DNA of 64,000 bases from contig CM114271.1 of NCBI GenBank assembly GCA_050084515.1, positions 3,596,001 through 3,660,000 on the forward strand, written 5' to 3'. Origin of the DNA: Blasia pusilla. Taxonomy: Eukaryota. Below the pieces are notes generated by a model, which saw nothing but the letters and a program-made list of their open reading frames with translations, did not search any database and was not told where the DNA came from. The translations under genes and the position numbers were made by a program. Shown here piece by piece: positions 62,101 to 64,000 of the stretch (position 1 is its first letter; the number at the start of each line of letters is the position of its first letter).

Positions 62101-64000
62101 TCTAAAAGATGTATCTTGATTGGCTATGCTGATGGAACTAAGAGGTATAAGTGCTACATTCCATCCTCTAGGCAGCTTATTATTAGTCGGGATGTTATCT
62201 TTGATGAGCTAAAGTCATGGCATGCTCCATCTGAGCCTATTCCACCTCTAAACTTGTTTGTTGAGGGGGAGAATATGACTATAAATCAACAGACATTGTC
62301 TTCAACTTCCCCAAGTACTAGTGCAGGATTAGGAGAGGTCCTAGATTCATCCGTTAAATCTGTGAGTCCATGGACGGGAAGAGTACATATTCAGTATGTT
62401 AACACTAGTTAGAGCTCGAGTAAGGTGTCAGAGGCATCTACCTCTGAAAAACAACCTCGTAGATCAAGTAGAGTTACACATCCAGTTCATAGATTCATAA
62501 ATGAAGGTTCCTTGCGACACATCATGCATATACGATGACTACCCTTCAAGAGCAGGAGCCGAGTTGTTTTGAAGAAGCTTCCAATAGATTGAAGCTATGG
62601 AGGAAGAGCTTGATGCATTAAGACATCAACAAATATGGGAGTTGGTTGATATACCTTCCGGTAAGGAAGCTATTGGTTGCATATGGGTTTACAAAATCAA
62701 GCGCAATCAAGATAGTATAATTAACAGATATAAAGCGAGATTGGTGGCTAAGGGCTATGCACAACAATTTGGTATCGATTATGAGGAAACGTTTAGCCCT
62801 GTTGCAAAGATGATGACTACGAGAACAGCGGTTGCAGTTGCAATAAGTAAGAAGTGGAGATTATATCACATGGACGTCAAGAATGCCTTCTTGAATGGAG
62901 ATCTATATGAGGAGGTATATATGACTCAACCACATGGATACGAGCATCCCAAGTTTCCATTTCGCGCATGCAGGTTGAAGAAAGCTCTATACAGGCTCAA
63001 ACAAGCTCCACGAGCTTGGTATGGCAAGATTACATACGTCCTACAAGAGTTGGGTTTTATGGTATGTGATTCTGACTCCTCGGTATATGTCTTGAGAGGA
63101 CAAGATTATACAGTTCTCATTGTATTGTACGTTGACAATCTCTTAATTACTGGGATTACTGAAGAAATGGTACAACAAGTAAAGCTTAAGTTACAAGCAG
63201 AATTTGATATGAAGGACTAGGGAGAACTCAAGTACTTCCTTAGTATTGAGTTTATCAAGGTTGGAGAGAGCATGCGGTTACTACAACGACAATATGCTCT
63301 TCATATGCTTTCAAAATATGGTATGACAGCTTGTAAGCCAATATCTACACCGTTGGACCAAAGCGTGAAGCTAAGAGTGGATGAAGGAGAGCTGCTTGCA
63401 GATTCTAATATGTACATGCGTATGGTTGGAAGTTTGATCCATCTAACTATAACCAGACCAGATTTGAGCTATGTTGTTGGCCTAGTGAGCCAGTTTATGC
63501 AAGCACCTCGAAAACCTCACCTTGATGCTGGGAGGAGGATTATGTTGTATGTGAAATTTTCTATTCAATACGGGCTAAAATTTAAACCTTCTCCGAGTTT
63601 TCAATTATAGGGATTCACAGATGGTGATTGGGCAGGAAGCGTGTTTGATCGACACTCCACATCTGGTTATTCATTTACTTTGGGAAGCGCAGCTATAAGT
63701 TGAGCTTCAAAGAAGCAACCTACAGTTGCTTTATCTTCAACACAGGTTGAGTATAGAGGAGCAACCAATGCAGCATGTGAGGCACTGTGGCTTCATCGAT
63801 TACTTGTTGAGATTGGTGTTAGTAACTTAGGACCTAGTGTAATATATGCAGACAACATTAGTAGCATCAAGCTTGCTAATAACCCCGTGTTTCATGCTCG
63901 TACAAATAATATTGAGATGCACTATCATTTTATCAAAGAGAAAGTGCTTGCATGAGAGATTGATCTTGTGTATATAGGTACAGATCAGCAAATTGTGGAC
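59169..64000 (+). mobile_element. Ty1/Copia LTR retrotransposon (copy 2), decayed, runs off the window end
   Basis: 5' LTR 59169-59482 homologous to copy 1; PBS TGATATCAGAG; gag, WYIDSGASNHM protease, integrase, RT and RNase H fragments. Confidence 0.95.

Overview
Eukaryotic, land-plant genomic DNA; the transposon complement looks like a non-seed plant (inference only). There are two intact multi-exon host genes on the + strand: a 14-exon xanthine dehydrogenase (19773-30819, ~1379 aa) and a plastid glucose-6-phosphate/phosphate translocator with 5 coding exons (49405-51919, 418 aa). The rest is mostly nested, decayed transposons: a chromodomain Ty3/Gypsy element (- strand, ~0.8-5.5 kb) with related solo LTRs; several pieces of a second Gypsy-type family; a near full-length CRE-like non-LTR retrotransposon with a restriction-like endonuclease (~11.1-14.5 kb); LINE fragments at a (TC)n tract; two Ty1/Copia copies whose LTRs start TA instead of TG; and three short non-autonomous Helitrons. 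The most notable observation is a decayed C5-cytosine DNA methyltransferase reading frame (17522-18073) inside the Gypsy-type retroelement nest, suggesting a methyltransferase-carrying LTR retrotransposon family in a land plant. All calls come from reading the sequence by eye; no database searches were run.
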